From Candidatus Gottesmanbacteria bacterium (GTDB lineage: Bacteria; Patescibacteriota; Microgenomatia; UBA10105), in contig JAHFKJ010000001.1 of the NCBI GenBank assembly GCA_023245415.1, forward strand, positions 32,902-96,901: a stretch of DNA of 64,000 bases, written 5' to 3'. The translations under genes and the position numbers were made by a program. How positions within the stretch are numbered: the first letter of the stretch is position 1; every line of letters begins with the position of its first letter. Shown piece after piece: positions 49,332-58,658 of the stretch. The notes beneath the pieces are model-generated. The model was not told where the DNA came from, ran no database searches, and saw only the letters and a list, made by a program, of their open reading frames with translations.

Positions 49332-50293
49332 TCTTGTTGTAGTCGGGTTGTTTTATACCAATCGATAAATTGTTTGATTCCTGAGTCAAAATTTATTTTA
49401 GGTTGCCACTTTAACGTTTTATAAGCCTTCGAATTGTTGGCATAGGTAATTATAGCTTCTTCGGAGCGTGATGATTTTATTTGCTTTTTAATGATTTTCC
49501 CGGTGTATTTTTCTATATGCATAATCATATCCTTAAGTTTTATCGGATGAGAATTGCCAATATTGAGTATTTCAAATTGAGATTTTTGATAAAGACATAC
49601 ACACAAAGCGTTCAAAACATCATCTATATAAGTATAGTCTCGAGCAGAATTACCGTCACCAAATTGGTCTATCTTTTTACCGTGAAAAGCCGCTTTTGTG
49701 AAAATGTATGGAGCTAAATCAGGCCGGCTTTTGGGACCGTATACTGAAAAAAGTCTTAATATTATTAAAGGGATCCGATTCGTGTTGTACAGTTCTTGTA
49801 AAACATACTCGCCCTGCTGTTTCGTTTTTGCGTATGGTGACTGTGGAGTCAAAATTTGCTTTTCTTCAAACGGAACCAAAGAGCTGTTTCCATAAACGCT
49901 TGAAGAAGAAGTAAATATAAACTGTTCAACATTCGCATGTTTTGATATTTGGTATATATTTTTCACGCCTACTACATTGTTTTCAAAATACTTTTTAGTT
50001 TGACGTAGAGATTGACGAACTCCGGTGAGAGCAGCTAAATGAAATACTGTTTTAGGCAAATATTTAGAAAAAATGTTCGAAATTTTAGATTTATCTAATA
50101 TGTCAACTTTATGAAAATAGAAATTTGGATATTCAAGTAGTAGATTTATGTTTTCCTGCTTATATTTTTGAGGATAGTTACTTGCGAAGTTATCTATACC
50201 GATTATTGTAAAATTGCGCCTCAATAATTTAGAAGCCAGCGATGAACCTATAAAACCAGCGCATCCTGTAATACAGATAAGTGAGCGTCTCAT
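49328..50293 (-). CDS. NAD-dependent epimerase, UDP-glucuronate 4-epimerase-like
   Basis: TGCAGFIGS, HLAALTGVR, SSSSVYG, SPYAKTK, RPDLA and RDYTYIDD. Confidence 0.85.
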   Translation of the reverse strand: MRRSLICITGCAGFIGSSLASKLLRRNFTIIGIDNFASNYPQKYKQENINLLLEYPNFYFHKVDILDKSKISNIFSKYLPKTVFHLAALTGVRQSLRQTKKYFENNVVGVKNIYQISKHANVEQFIFTSSSSVYGNSSLVPFEEKQILTPQSPYAKTKQQGEYVLQELYNTNRIPLIILRLFSVYGPKSRPDLAPYIFTKAAFHGKKIDQFGDGNSARDYTYIDDVLNALCVCLYQKSQFEILNIGNSHPIKLKDMIMHIEKYTGKIIKKQIKSSRSEEAIITYANNSKAYKTLKWQPKINFDSGIKQFIDWYKTTRLQQE

Positions 50294-51483
50294 GCGCGAT
50301 AATAGCGAGTTATTTTCAGTACTGATTTAATAACGTCATCTACATCCTGCTTCGTCATTGCCGGTGATAAAGGTAGTGATAAAGTTCTTTCACCGATAAA
50401 TTCACTGTTGGGATAGTCACCGGGTTTAAATCCGAAAGTTGTTTGATAATAGCGGTGTAGGTGTAGAGCCGTGAAATGGATTCCGGTTCCTATACCTTCT
50501 AGACGTAAACCTTCTATGAATTGACTTCGATTAATTTTGAGCTTTTCCAAATTAAGGAGTATCGCGTACAAGTGTCGGGCATGAGTTAAATCTTTCGGAG
50601 TTGGGGCAGGAGTAATAATCTCTGGAAGATCTTTAAATGCTTCATCATACATCTGCCAATACGTATTTCTTACAATTAAATTTTTGGATACATTTTTCAA
50701 TTGATGTAGGCCAAATGAAGCGACTAAATCCATCATGTTGTATTTATAACCAGGATAGAGCGTTTCATAAGGCTGAAAACCGCTGCTTGAATAGCGTTTC
50801 CAGGCATCTTTGGAGATTCCATGCAGACTTCTGGTGCGGGCTTCTTCCGCCCATTGTTGATGATTCGTAGTGAGCATACCGCCTTCACCAGTCATGATAT
50901 TTTTGGTCACATAAAATGAGAATGCAGTAAAGTCAGTGATGGTTCCGATTTTGTTACCTTTGTAAACAGCTTCAGCTGCATGAGCTGCGTCATCTACGGT
51001 AAAGAGGTGATATTCATTGGCGAGTTTTTTAATTCTGTCATATTCACAAGGTCTACCATGAAGATCTACTGTTATTATTCCTTTAGTATTTGACGAAATT
51101 TTTCTCTCAATTTGCAATGGATCGATATTCCAGGTTTCCAGATCTATATCTGCAAATACTGGTTTTGCCCGGTGATGAACTATAACATTTGCAGTTGAGG
51201 GAAAAGTGAGGGGAGTTGTGATGACTTCATCGTTTTCGTGTACACCTAACACGTCCAAAGCTAAATGCAAACCAGCGGTACAAGAATTCAAGGCAATCGC
51301 ATATCGTGCACCGATATATTTTCGAAATTCTTCTTCAAATTGCTTAGTCTTGGGACCGGTACCTAACCAGCCGCTTTTTATGGTTGAGATAACTTCTTTG
51401 ATTTCTTGTACGGTGATTTTCGGTTTTCCAAAGACTAAGAAATTTTTCCTAACTGGTTTTCCACCCTCTAATGCGGGTTTCAT
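50290..51483 (-). CDS. DegT-family aminotransferase (SpsC/ArnB-like)
   Basis: SGWLGTGP, DAAH, SFYVTKNIMTGEGG, HGISKDAWKRY and PGYKYNM. Confidence 0.9.
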   Translation of the reverse strand: MKPALEGGKPVRKNFLVFGKPKITVQEIKEVISTIKSGWLGTGPKTKQFEEEFRKYIGARYAIALNSCTAGLHLALDVLGVHENDEVITTPLTFPSTANVIVHHRAKPVFADIDLETWNIDPLQIERKISSNTKGIITVDLHGRPCEYDRIKKLANEYHLFTVDDAAHAAEAVYKGNKIGTITDFTAFSFYVTKNIMTGEGGMLTTNHQQWAEEARTRSLHGISKDAWKRYSSSGFQPYETLYPGYKYNMMDLVASFGLHQLKNVSKNLIVRNTYWQMYDEAFKDLPEIITPAPTPKDLTHARHLYAILLNLEKLKINRSQFIEGLRLEGIGTGIHFTALHLHRYYQTTFGFKPGDYPNSEFIGERTLSLPLSPAMTKQDVDDVIKSVLKITRYYRA

Positions 51484-51493
51484 AATGGGGTAC

Positions 51494-51502
51494 AGTATAA
51501 CA
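51494..51502 (-). promoter_or_regulatory. extended -10 element (TGtTATACT)
   Basis: Ends 10 nt before ATG 51483. Confidence 0.5.
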
Positions 51503-51568
51503 TATTAAACTCATTCGGCTCCTAGGTGTATTGATATAATTATTGTTTTAACTCTTACGGTAATCGAA

Positions 51569-51574
51569 TATAAT
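51569..51574 (+). promoter_or_regulatory. -10 element (TATAAT); a second TGaTATAAT lies at 51532-51540
   Basis: Ends 6 nt before ATG 51581. Confidence 0.45.
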
Positions 51575-51580
51575 CAAAAT

Positions 51581-52792
51581 ATGACTATATTTACGCTTTT
51601 GACCGTTACTTATATTTACTGGAAAACATTATTTACATATTTTGCGCAGGATGATTTCTACTTACTTTTAGTAAGTAAAGCCAGGAATATTATTGAAGTT
51701 TTCCAATTTTTCCTGCCAAGAACTGATGCTGTTTGGTATCGACCCTTGTCTTCTCACGTCTTCTTTTTTGTTTCGTATTCATTTTTTGGCTTACAACCGT
51801 TTTTCTACCATATTATAGTATTCGGAACTCATTTAACGGCATGTTGGTTATTAATTTGCTTTGTAAGTGATCAAGCTCATACTCAGAAAGTAGGACTGCT
51901 AGTTGGTTTTATCTATGGAATTTATCAAATTCATACAATATCTCTTTCATGGCTTTCTTCGTACTCTTTCGTTCTTGGACCTTTGTGGCTTATTCTTTTG
52001 ACCAAGTTTTATTTTGAAAAAAAGTATTTTAAATCCAACATAATATTTTTGCTTGGATTATTGACTACGGAAGTATTTATCATTTATATTCCTTTTTTAT
52101 TTTGTTTAGAATTGATTTTTGAAAAACCAATTTATATTGGTCGGATTATTCCTTTTATGCTTACAGGTATTACTGTACTTCTCATGCGTTTCGTCTTTTT
52201 TCCCACTACGATATCTAATTATCAATATGGGTTTAGTTTAAACTTAAGTATTTTATCAAACGTCAAATTTTACTTATTTAGATTAATAGGTATACCCTTG
52301 GCAGTTGAGCAAATGTCTTGGATGGAAAAAATAATTTCCTTAACTTCAACAAGCCTGATAATCTGCATATGTATGTATGGAGGGTTGGTAAATTTTAAAA
52401 ATTCGAGTTTTCGAAATCTAAATAAATTTGTTGTTGTGTGTCTGATGTTAAGTATATTCGGAGTTTTGCCTTTTTTACCATTGACTAATCATGTAGCTCC
52501 GTATTATTTAACATTTACATTAGTAGGATTTGCTCCACTTATGGCTTTATGTTTAATTAAAGCTCAGTCTCGGCTTCCTAGATTAGGGAGATCTATTTAT
52601 TGGGGATTAATTATTGGAATTTTAATTTTAACTAACATTATTGGCATTGAGTATACAATGCGAACGCATTGGATTTTTCGACGCGCAAAAATGGCCCAAG
52701 TTCTGATTTCGCAAAAAAATTTACATCATCCAGTCGGCAGTGAGGAATATTTCACATTAGGGGCAGATGCAGCTGAAAAATTTCTGCGGTAG
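51581..52792 (+). CDS. GT-C-like polytopic membrane protein
   Basis: F-x-QDDF after TM1, WYRPLS, FGLQPFFYH and TTE motif. Confidence 0.7.
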   Translation: MTIFTLLTVTYIYWKTLFTYFAQDDFYLLLVSKARNIIEVFQFFLPRTDAVWYRPLSSHVFFFVSYSFFGLQPFFYHIIVFGTHLTACWLLICFVSDQAHTQKVGLLVGFIYGIYQIHTISLSWLSSYSFVLGPLWLILLTKFYFEKKYFKSNIIFLLGLLTTEVFIIYIPFLFCLELIFEKPIYIGRIIPFMLTGITVLLMRFVFFPTTISNYQYGFSLNLSILSNVKFYLFRLIGIPLAVEQMSWMEKIISLTSTSLIICICMYGGLVNFKNSSFRNLNKFVVVCLMLSIFGVLPFLPLTNHVAPYYLTFTLVGFAPLMALCLIKAQSRLPRLGRSIYWGLIIGILILTNIIGIEYTMRTHWIFRRAKMAQVLISQKNLHHPVGSEEYFTLGADAAEKFLR

Positions 52793-52797
52793 CTATT

Positions 52798-54369
52798 ATG
52801 AAAAAAATAAAAATCTTTATTATCTTTACACTTTGTGTAAAGCAATTGGTTTGGGCGTCTTATATTCCTCCGTGGCAGTTTCCGGATGAACAGGCTCACT
52901 TTGCACAAGTACAGAATTTCGCACAGCGGGGTTTGACAGCTTTTTCGGGGCCAAATACTTCACAGGAAATCTACGAATCAGAGAAACTTTTAGGAACTGT
53001 CAGAGATGGATTTGGTAATAACAGTTTTACATATCATCCCGAGTACAAATTAGCCTATTCAGATGGAAAAGATGGATTGAATGAAGATTTGATTAGAAAT
53101 TTTCCGCTGAGAATGCAACAAAAGTACGTAATTTTTGAAGCGACTGTTTATCCACCATTTTATTACACTCTTTTAGTTCCATTTTACAATTTAGGTAGAC
53201 AGAGCGATTTACTAACAAGAATTTTTTGGGTTCGCCTGGGAAATATCCCGATTTTTTTAGGAATGATTTTTTTAGCAAATAGAATTGGAAAAGTACTTTT
53301 TAAATCTTCACAGTTGGTATGGACATTGACTTTAATAGTAAGTTTTCATCCCATGTTCTCTTTTGTAAGTGCCGGGACGACAAGTGATAACATATTTACA
53401 CTTCTAGTTACATTAACTCTCTATGTATCACTGCAAACACTACGGAATGGTTTACGGCCCAGATATATTCTGGGGATGATAGTGGTATTAATATTAGGTA
53501 TTTATTCAAAGCCTCAAGGAAGACTTGTAGGACTTATATTTTTATATCCTTTAATTAATAATTTATTAAATAAAAGCCGGAAATTCCAGAAATCAAACTG
53601 GGTAATAATAAGCGTATTATTAGTAGCGATTTTTGGATTTATGATTTCAAATATTTTCTCTGGTAGACAGATGTTGCCAGAAATACCAACACTAAATGAC
53701 TTTATCAATCATGATTCTATTTCTATTCAAAGCCATTTTCTATGGACATTTTGGCATACATATCATGAAATTTTACCGTGGTATTGGGGAGTCTATAGGT
53801 GGCTTAGTTTAACTTATCCCCGGCCTATACACCGGATAATTAATTGGACAGTTCTATTAGCTGGTTTTGGAGTGATGATCACGTTAGGGAAAAGTATAAG
53901 AAATAAACAAACTCTCGTTTTGAGATCAAACTTGTTTTTTTTAATTTATGCGTCTTTAATATATTTTTTGAGCATTACATTTTACGATTTTATTTTTTTC
54001 AAAACTCATGGTTTTTCTTTTGGAGTGCAAGGTAGGTATTTTTTTCCAGTCATTGTTGCGCATATGGCACTTCTTCTTGTTGGTTTCGTCAGCATAGCTG
54101 AGTTATTGAAAATGTTGTTAAGAAATTTAAATATTAAAGTATTAGGCTTGTTTATGATAATTCTGCACGTATACGCGCAGTGGTATGTCGTCAGATCATA
54201 TTATGATGCCTCGTCACTTAAAATATTTTTTAACCAAGCGAGTCAATACAAACCCTACTTTTTAAAAAGTCCTTTTTTGGAATTGATCGCAATTACCTAC
54301 GGGATGTGTTTGTTAATATTAGTATGGTACTATTTGAAACGCGTGCACGAGCCGTATGAAAAAGCGTAG
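52798..54369 (+). CDS. DUF2142-type GT-C membrane protein
   Basis: PPWQFPDEQAHF, YPPFYY, YWGVYRWL and QGRYFFP. Confidence 0.8.
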   Translation: MKKIKIFIIFTLCVKQLVWASYIPPWQFPDEQAHFAQVQNFAQRGLTAFSGPNTSQEIYESEKLLGTVRDGFGNNSFTYHPEYKLAYSDGKDGLNEDLIRNFPLRMQQKYVIFEATVYPPFYYTLLVPFYNLGRQSDLLTRIFWVRLGNIPIFLGMIFLANRIGKVLFKSSQLVWTLTLIVSFHPMFSFVSAGTTSDNIFTLLVTLTLYVSLQTLRNGLRPRYILGMIVVLILGIYSKPQGRLVGLIFLYPLINNLLNKSRKFQKSNWVIISVLLVAIFGFMISNIFSGRQMLPEIPTLNDFINHDSISIQSHFLWTFWHTYHEILPWYWGVYRWLSLTYPRPIHRIINWTVLLAGFGVMITLGKSIRNKQTLVLRSNLFFLIYASLIYFLSITFYDFIFFKTHGFSFGVQGRYFFPVIVAHMALLLVGFVSIAELLKMLLRNLNIKVLGLFMIILHVYAQWYVVRSYYDASSLKIFFNQASQYKPYFLKSPFLELIAITYGMCLLILVWYYLKRVHEPYEKA

Positions 54370-55081
54370 TTTATCACTTATACTACCGTGTTACAACGAA
54401 GCCGAACATTTTAGAAAAAGTGCCGACTGGATACTTAATGTTTTAGAAAATTGCGGTACACAGTTTGAAATTATTTTTGTTGAGGATTGTAGTAAAGATA
54501 ATACAAAACAAATTATAGAAAATTACTTAAAAAATAAAAAAGATGATAGTTTAAAAGTTTTTTACCACAACGATAATCAAGGTAGAGGAAAAACAGTATG
54601 CGATGGCATACTAAAAGCGAAAGGTGATTATGTGGGATTTATGGATATCGACTGTGAAATTTCGCCTGAGTATATACCCGCTTTCCTAAACCGATTGAAT
54701 GAGGGTTATGCTGTAGTTAACGCGGAAAGATTTTATCCAGTTTCTGCTCAGAGTATCTTAAGAGCTATGGTAAGTAAATTATATAGTTTTTTGGTACGGT
54801 GGATACTGAAAACTAATTTTACTGATACAGAGGCAGGTTTTAAATTCTTTAACCGGAAAATAATCTTACCTCTTGTTCATATGACTCAAGATCCAGGATG
54901 GTTTTGGGATACAGAAATTATGTTATTGTCCCAGCGGCTAGGATTAAAAATTAGTTTTATTTCAGTTTTATTTAAACGGCGCACCGATAAAACCTCAACT
55001 GTAAAACTTTGGTCAGATTCATTTGATTATTTCAAAAAATTACTTGAATTTAAAGTAAAGCTTAAATCAATTAAATCATGA
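54356..55081 (+). CDS. GT2 polyprenol-phosphate glycosyltransferase (ALG5/DPG-synthase-like)
   Basis: LPCYNE, EDCSKD, NQGRG, MDIDCE, DTEAGFKFF, WFWDTE and STV. Confidence 0.88.
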   Translation: MKKRSLSLILPCYNEAEHFRKSADWILNVLENCGTQFEIIFVEDCSKDNTKQIIENYLKNKKDDSLKVFYHNDNQGRGKTVCDGILKAKGDYVGFMDIDCEISPEYIPAFLNRLNEGYAVVNAERFYPVSAQSILRAMVSKLYSFLVRWILKTNFTDTEAGFKFFNRKIILPLVHMTQDPGWFWDTEIMLLSQRLGLKISFISVLFKRRTDKTSTVKLWSDSFDYFKKLLEFKVKLKSIKS

Positions 55082-55749
55082 AAAATAACCCGACGATAAA
55101 AAACTATTGGGACAGAAATTCGCCAGCTTTTACCAATCAATATAGGACTATCTTCGGAATGCCGGTGTCTATGGTTGGTATATTTTTACGCTTACGCCAG
55201 AATAAAATTACTAAATTACTGGCAGGATTATCCGGAAAAAATGTTGCGGATATAGGTTGCGGATCCGGGGTGTTTATGGTCGAAGCAGTTAAACAGCAGC
55301 GTTATGTTTATGGAATAGATTACTCTGATCAGATGCTTGATATTGCAAGATTAAAGTTAAAAGCATATTCATCTCATAGGTTTAAATTGATTCGGGCTGA
55401 CGCAGTGTGTTTACCTTTAAAAACAAACGATATTGACATCGTTATCGCAAGTGGACTCACAGATTATTTAACAACTTTAAACCTGGCCAAGTTTTTAGAT
55501 GAAGTTGCAAGAATTCTTAGAATAAAAGGATTTATTATCATAACTTTTCCTAAAAAAGATAGTCTGCTTGCATTTTTGAGAATTGGAGTAGGGCTTAAAC
55601 TGCGAAAAATCTTCCTCAAATTACCGCCGATGGAGAATTCTTATAGAAAACTGGATATTGAGAAAGTATTAAAAGAGAGAGGGTTGCATATTCAAAAACT
55701 TGATGAAGTTTTCGGTACGATGTGGATAGTTTTAGCTCAAAAACTATGA
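55078..55749 (+). CDS. class I SAM-dependent methyltransferase
   Basis: DIGCGSG, GIDYSDQML, LP and GLTDY. Confidence 0.88.
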   Translation: MKNNPTIKNYWDRNSPAFTNQYRTIFGMPVSMVGIFLRLRQNKITKLLAGLSGKNVADIGCGSGVFMVEAVKQQRYVYGIDYSDQMLDIARLKLKAYSSHRFKLIRADAVCLPLKTNDIDIVIASGLTDYLTTLNLAKFLDEVARILRIKGFIIITFPKKDSLLAFLRIGVGLKLRKIFLKLPPMENSYRKLDIEKVLKERGLHIQKLDEVFGTMWIVLAQKL

Positions 55750-56315
55750 TTCTTTCCCTTCTGCGTCATTTAATGTTGCCGCTTAGGCAAATTAACGACT
55801 TTATTCCCGATAGCGGTTTAAATTATGAACTAGGGTCGGGATATGGAGTCATCAGTACGTATTTAGCTAATTCTCATAGTCAAAGAAGTGTTATCGCAGT
55901 GGATATCGATTCGCAAAAGATCAATCTAGCTCATAAAAAAAACATTAACAAAAATCTTGATTTTGTGGTAGCAGACATACATAAATTTAAACTGGAACTG
56001 TGCCATGGCGTTGTGTTGTCTGACTTTTTACACCATCTTGCCTATGCTACTCATGAGGATGTTATAAAAAAAATTTATTCAAGTTTGGTTAGGGGAGGCG
56101 TATTAGTGATTAAAGAAATCGATGATAATGACGGACTACGTAAATGGTTAAGTCGGTTTTGGGATATGCTACTTTATCCTAAGGACAGGATTTATTACCG
56201 TTCAAAAGCTGAATGGAGTAGTTTACTCAGAAAATACGGATTTACGATATCAATTATGAGAACTGTTTGGTGGTTTCCCGGATCCAGCTACTTATTTATA
56301 TGCAAAAAAAATTAA
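55746..56315 (+). CDS. class I SAM-dependent methyltransferase
   Basis: ELGSGYG, VDID, SDFLHH and GGVLVIKE; ATGA overlap start at 55746. Confidence 0.85.
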   Translation: MILSLLRHLMLPLRQINDFIPDSGLNYELGSGYGVISTYLANSHSQRSVIAVDIDSQKINLAHKKNINKNLDFVVADIHKFKLELCHGVVLSDFLHHLAYATHEDVIKKIYSSLVRGGVLVIKEIDDNDGLRKWLSRFWDMLLYPKDRIYYRSKAEWSSLLRKYGFTISIMRTVWWFPGSSYLFICKKN

Positions 56316-57871
56316 ACAATTGGATTCTTCCATTTATTTTTTTACTAATTATTGCAGTTTTAACTTTTGTGGTGAGAACAATTCGGCTTGAGGAGTTATA
56401 TCATTTTACCTATGACGAAGAAGTTTTTGCGTTTGTCGGAAAACGCATGTTTATAAATCATCATATACCGCTAATCGGGGGTGTAACTCCAATGCACTTC
56501 CACGTTGCACCTTACTTTTATTGGCTGTCGGCAGTTGTACTTTTTATATCAAAGCTTAATCCGGTGGGGTGGGGTATCGCTGCGGCGGTTTTATCGGTTG
56601 TTACGGTTGGTGTTTTATTTTTTGTTTCCAGAAAATTATTTAACACAAAAACTGCCGCGTTGACTGTCGGATTATACTGTCTATCATTTTATCAAAACAT
56701 TTACGATCGACATTATTGGGGACTAAGCTTCGATGGATTAATATCAATCCTGACTATCTATTTTTTATACAAAATGGTAATGGGGGGTAAGAATTATGTA
56801 TTTGTGTTAGCGCTTATCATAGCCTTTGGATTTCACACCGATCTTTCAACTTTAAACTTATTCCTGCTTTCGTTATTTGTAATCGTGGGTATGAAAGTTA
56901 GACTCGCGAAAAAACAAATATTCTTCGCGAGTGCATTATTTGGTATTACCTTTTCGCCGTTAATTCTATTTGATATTAGACATGATTTTTCCAATAGCAG
57001 GGGGATTATTCAGTATTTTAATGAAATAAGTTCTAGTAGAAAAGGAGTTATAAATCAATCAGCAGTTGACAGTGTATTATTCGTTCCCCGGAGTTTGGTT
57101 CGCAGTTTGTATGTATTTGGCAATACAGATTTAGCCAGACAATATTCTTATTGTCCAGTTCATGCTCTAGGTAGGCTTCAAGATGTGCCCAATTTATTTG
57201 CGCTACTAGTCACTGCAATAATTGCATATTTCTTTTTTATACATCGAAGATCTTATACACAGATTCAGATGAAACTTATAATTGCATTGTTTGCTTTAAC
57301 TTATATGGGCCTTTCTATTTATGGGGTAATATTAAAAGGCGATCTTTTCGACCATTATTTAGGTACGTTATATCCGATATTTTATTTGATTGTATCTAGT
57401 GTTTTAATAAACTTTTTTCAAAAAAAACAAATTATTATTGTACTTTTGGTGACAGTTTATACTGTATTTAATCTCCAACTTTTAAGTAAAGTTCAAAATC
57501 GTTTTGGATACAGTTTAAAGCAAGAGGCAGTTAGATGGGTGATTGCAGAAACTGGAGCTGAGCCTTTTTCATTGGATGTGATTAGTAGTTGTTTTCGCTA
57601 TAACGGTTATCGCTACTTATTTTATCTTTATGGTAAAGAACCGGCAAAAAGCTATGTAGATGCAAATTTTACCTACTTATATGACATTCCCCCGGTCGAA
57701 AAACATCCCAAAACGCTCGTGGTTATCACAAATCCAGATTATACAGAAACCAAGGAATATTTTTATGAGTACGAAAAATATGTACGCAAACTGGTTAAGA
57801 AAAAAAACTTTGGTAATATTGAAATACTCATAATAGATAATAGTAATTTAGATTTTGTGGGGAAATTTTAA
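56300..57871 (+). CDS. GT-C (GT39/GT83-like) membrane glycosyltransferase
   Basis: FTYDEE, IPLIG, PYFYWL and PLILFDIRHDF; start at ATG 56300. Confidence 0.8.
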   Translation: MQKKLNNWILPFIFLLIIAVLTFVVRTIRLEELYHFTYDEEVFAFVGKRMFINHHIPLIGGVTPMHFHVAPYFYWLSAVVLFISKLNPVGWGIAAAVLSVVTVGVLFFVSRKLFNTKTAALTVGLYCLSFYQNIYDRHYWGLSFDGLISILTIYFLYKMVMGGKNYVFVLALIIAFGFHTDLSTLNLFLLSLFVIVGMKVRLAKKQIFFASALFGITFSPLILFDIRHDFSNSRGIIQYFNEISSSRKGVINQSAVDSVLFVPRSLVRSLYVFGNTDLARQYSYCPVHALGRLQDVPNLFALLVTAIIAYFFFIHRRSYTQIQMKLIIALFALTYMGLSIYGVILKGDLFDHYLGTLYPIFYLIVSSVLINFFQKKQIIIVLLVTVYTVFNLQLLSKVQNRFGYSLKQEAVRWVIAETGAEPFSLDVISSCFRYNGYRYLFYLYGKEPAKSYVDANFTYLYDIPPVEKHPKTLVVITNPDYTETKEYFYEYEKYVRKLVKKKNFGNIEILIIDNSNLDFVGKF

Positions 57872-58656
57872 TGAATACGCCAATTACTGTACATATGATC
57901 GTAAAAAACGAAGAGCAGTGGGTTTGGTATTCGATAATGTCGGTATTACATTTTGTCCAAAAGATCGTAATCTTCGATACAGGATCTACAGATAATACTA
58001 TCTCAATTATAAACAAGATTGATTCAGACAAAATCGAGCTTGAAACTTTTCCGGACATATCTGGGCAAGATTTGGTATCGATTCGAAATGAACAAATTGA
58101 TAAAACCCTAACCGATTGGTTTATGTTATTGGATGGAGATGAAGTTTGGCCAATAACGGCAATGCAAGATTTCTTAGCTGTTGTTACTGATTCAAATTCA
58201 CAATTTGATGCAATTGCACTACCTGTGATCATTCCGGTTGGAAACCTATTTCACGCACAACCCGAGTCCGCAGGCCGTTATGAGATTCAAGGAAATTACG
58301 GGCATTTCAATATCCGCGGGTATCGAAAAAGTAGTCAATATAAGTGGATGGGAGTATTTCCATTGGAGGCTTACACTGATAAAGTTGGTCGTACTATACA
58401 AAGCAAAAATAAGCGCATACATCTGTTAAAACGTAGTTATTGGCATATGACACATATGCGACGTTCAAAAATTGATACGCATAATAAATTTAAGCTCGAA
58501 ATTGGAGAACATATATTTACTCCTTTGCCTGAAGTATTTTTTCTCACGCGGCCGGTAATGGTTCCAACTCCCTGGATAACATATTCAGCCTATGATCTAG
58601 TTTGTGCTCAAATTCGAACGCCAATCGTTAAAATAAAACGGATATTAGGGCTATAA
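57871..58656 (+). CDS. GT2 glycosyltransferase
   Basis: HMIVKNEE, DTGSTD, RN and WFMLLDGDE. Confidence 0.85.
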   Translation: MNTPITVHMIVKNEEQWVWYSIMSVLHFVQKIVIFDTGSTDNTISIINKIDSDKIELETFPDISGQDLVSIRNEQIDKTLTDWFMLLDGDEVWPITAMQDFLAVVTDSNSQFDAIALPVIIPVGNLFHAQPESAGRYEIQGNYGHFNIRGYRKSSQYKWMGVFPLEAYTDKVGRTIQSKNKRIHLLKRSYWHMTHMRRSKIDTHNKFKLEIGEHIFTPLPEVFFLTRPVMVPTPWITYSAYDLVCAQIRTPIVKIKRILGL

Positions 58657-58658
58657 TT

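Noticed and set aside
4959-56310. Poly-A/T runs of 8-10 nt (e.g. near 4960, 9130, 39461, 56304) and a G6 near 32973 as phase-variation tracts
   Set aside because: Such runs are expected in AT-rich Lys/Phe codons, all frames are intact, and there are no long G/C tracts.
58652-58657. TATAAT before the GTG at 58659 as a leaderless promoter
   Set aside because: Only 1 nt from the start codon and formed by the upstream gene's stop codon; the spacing is incompatible.
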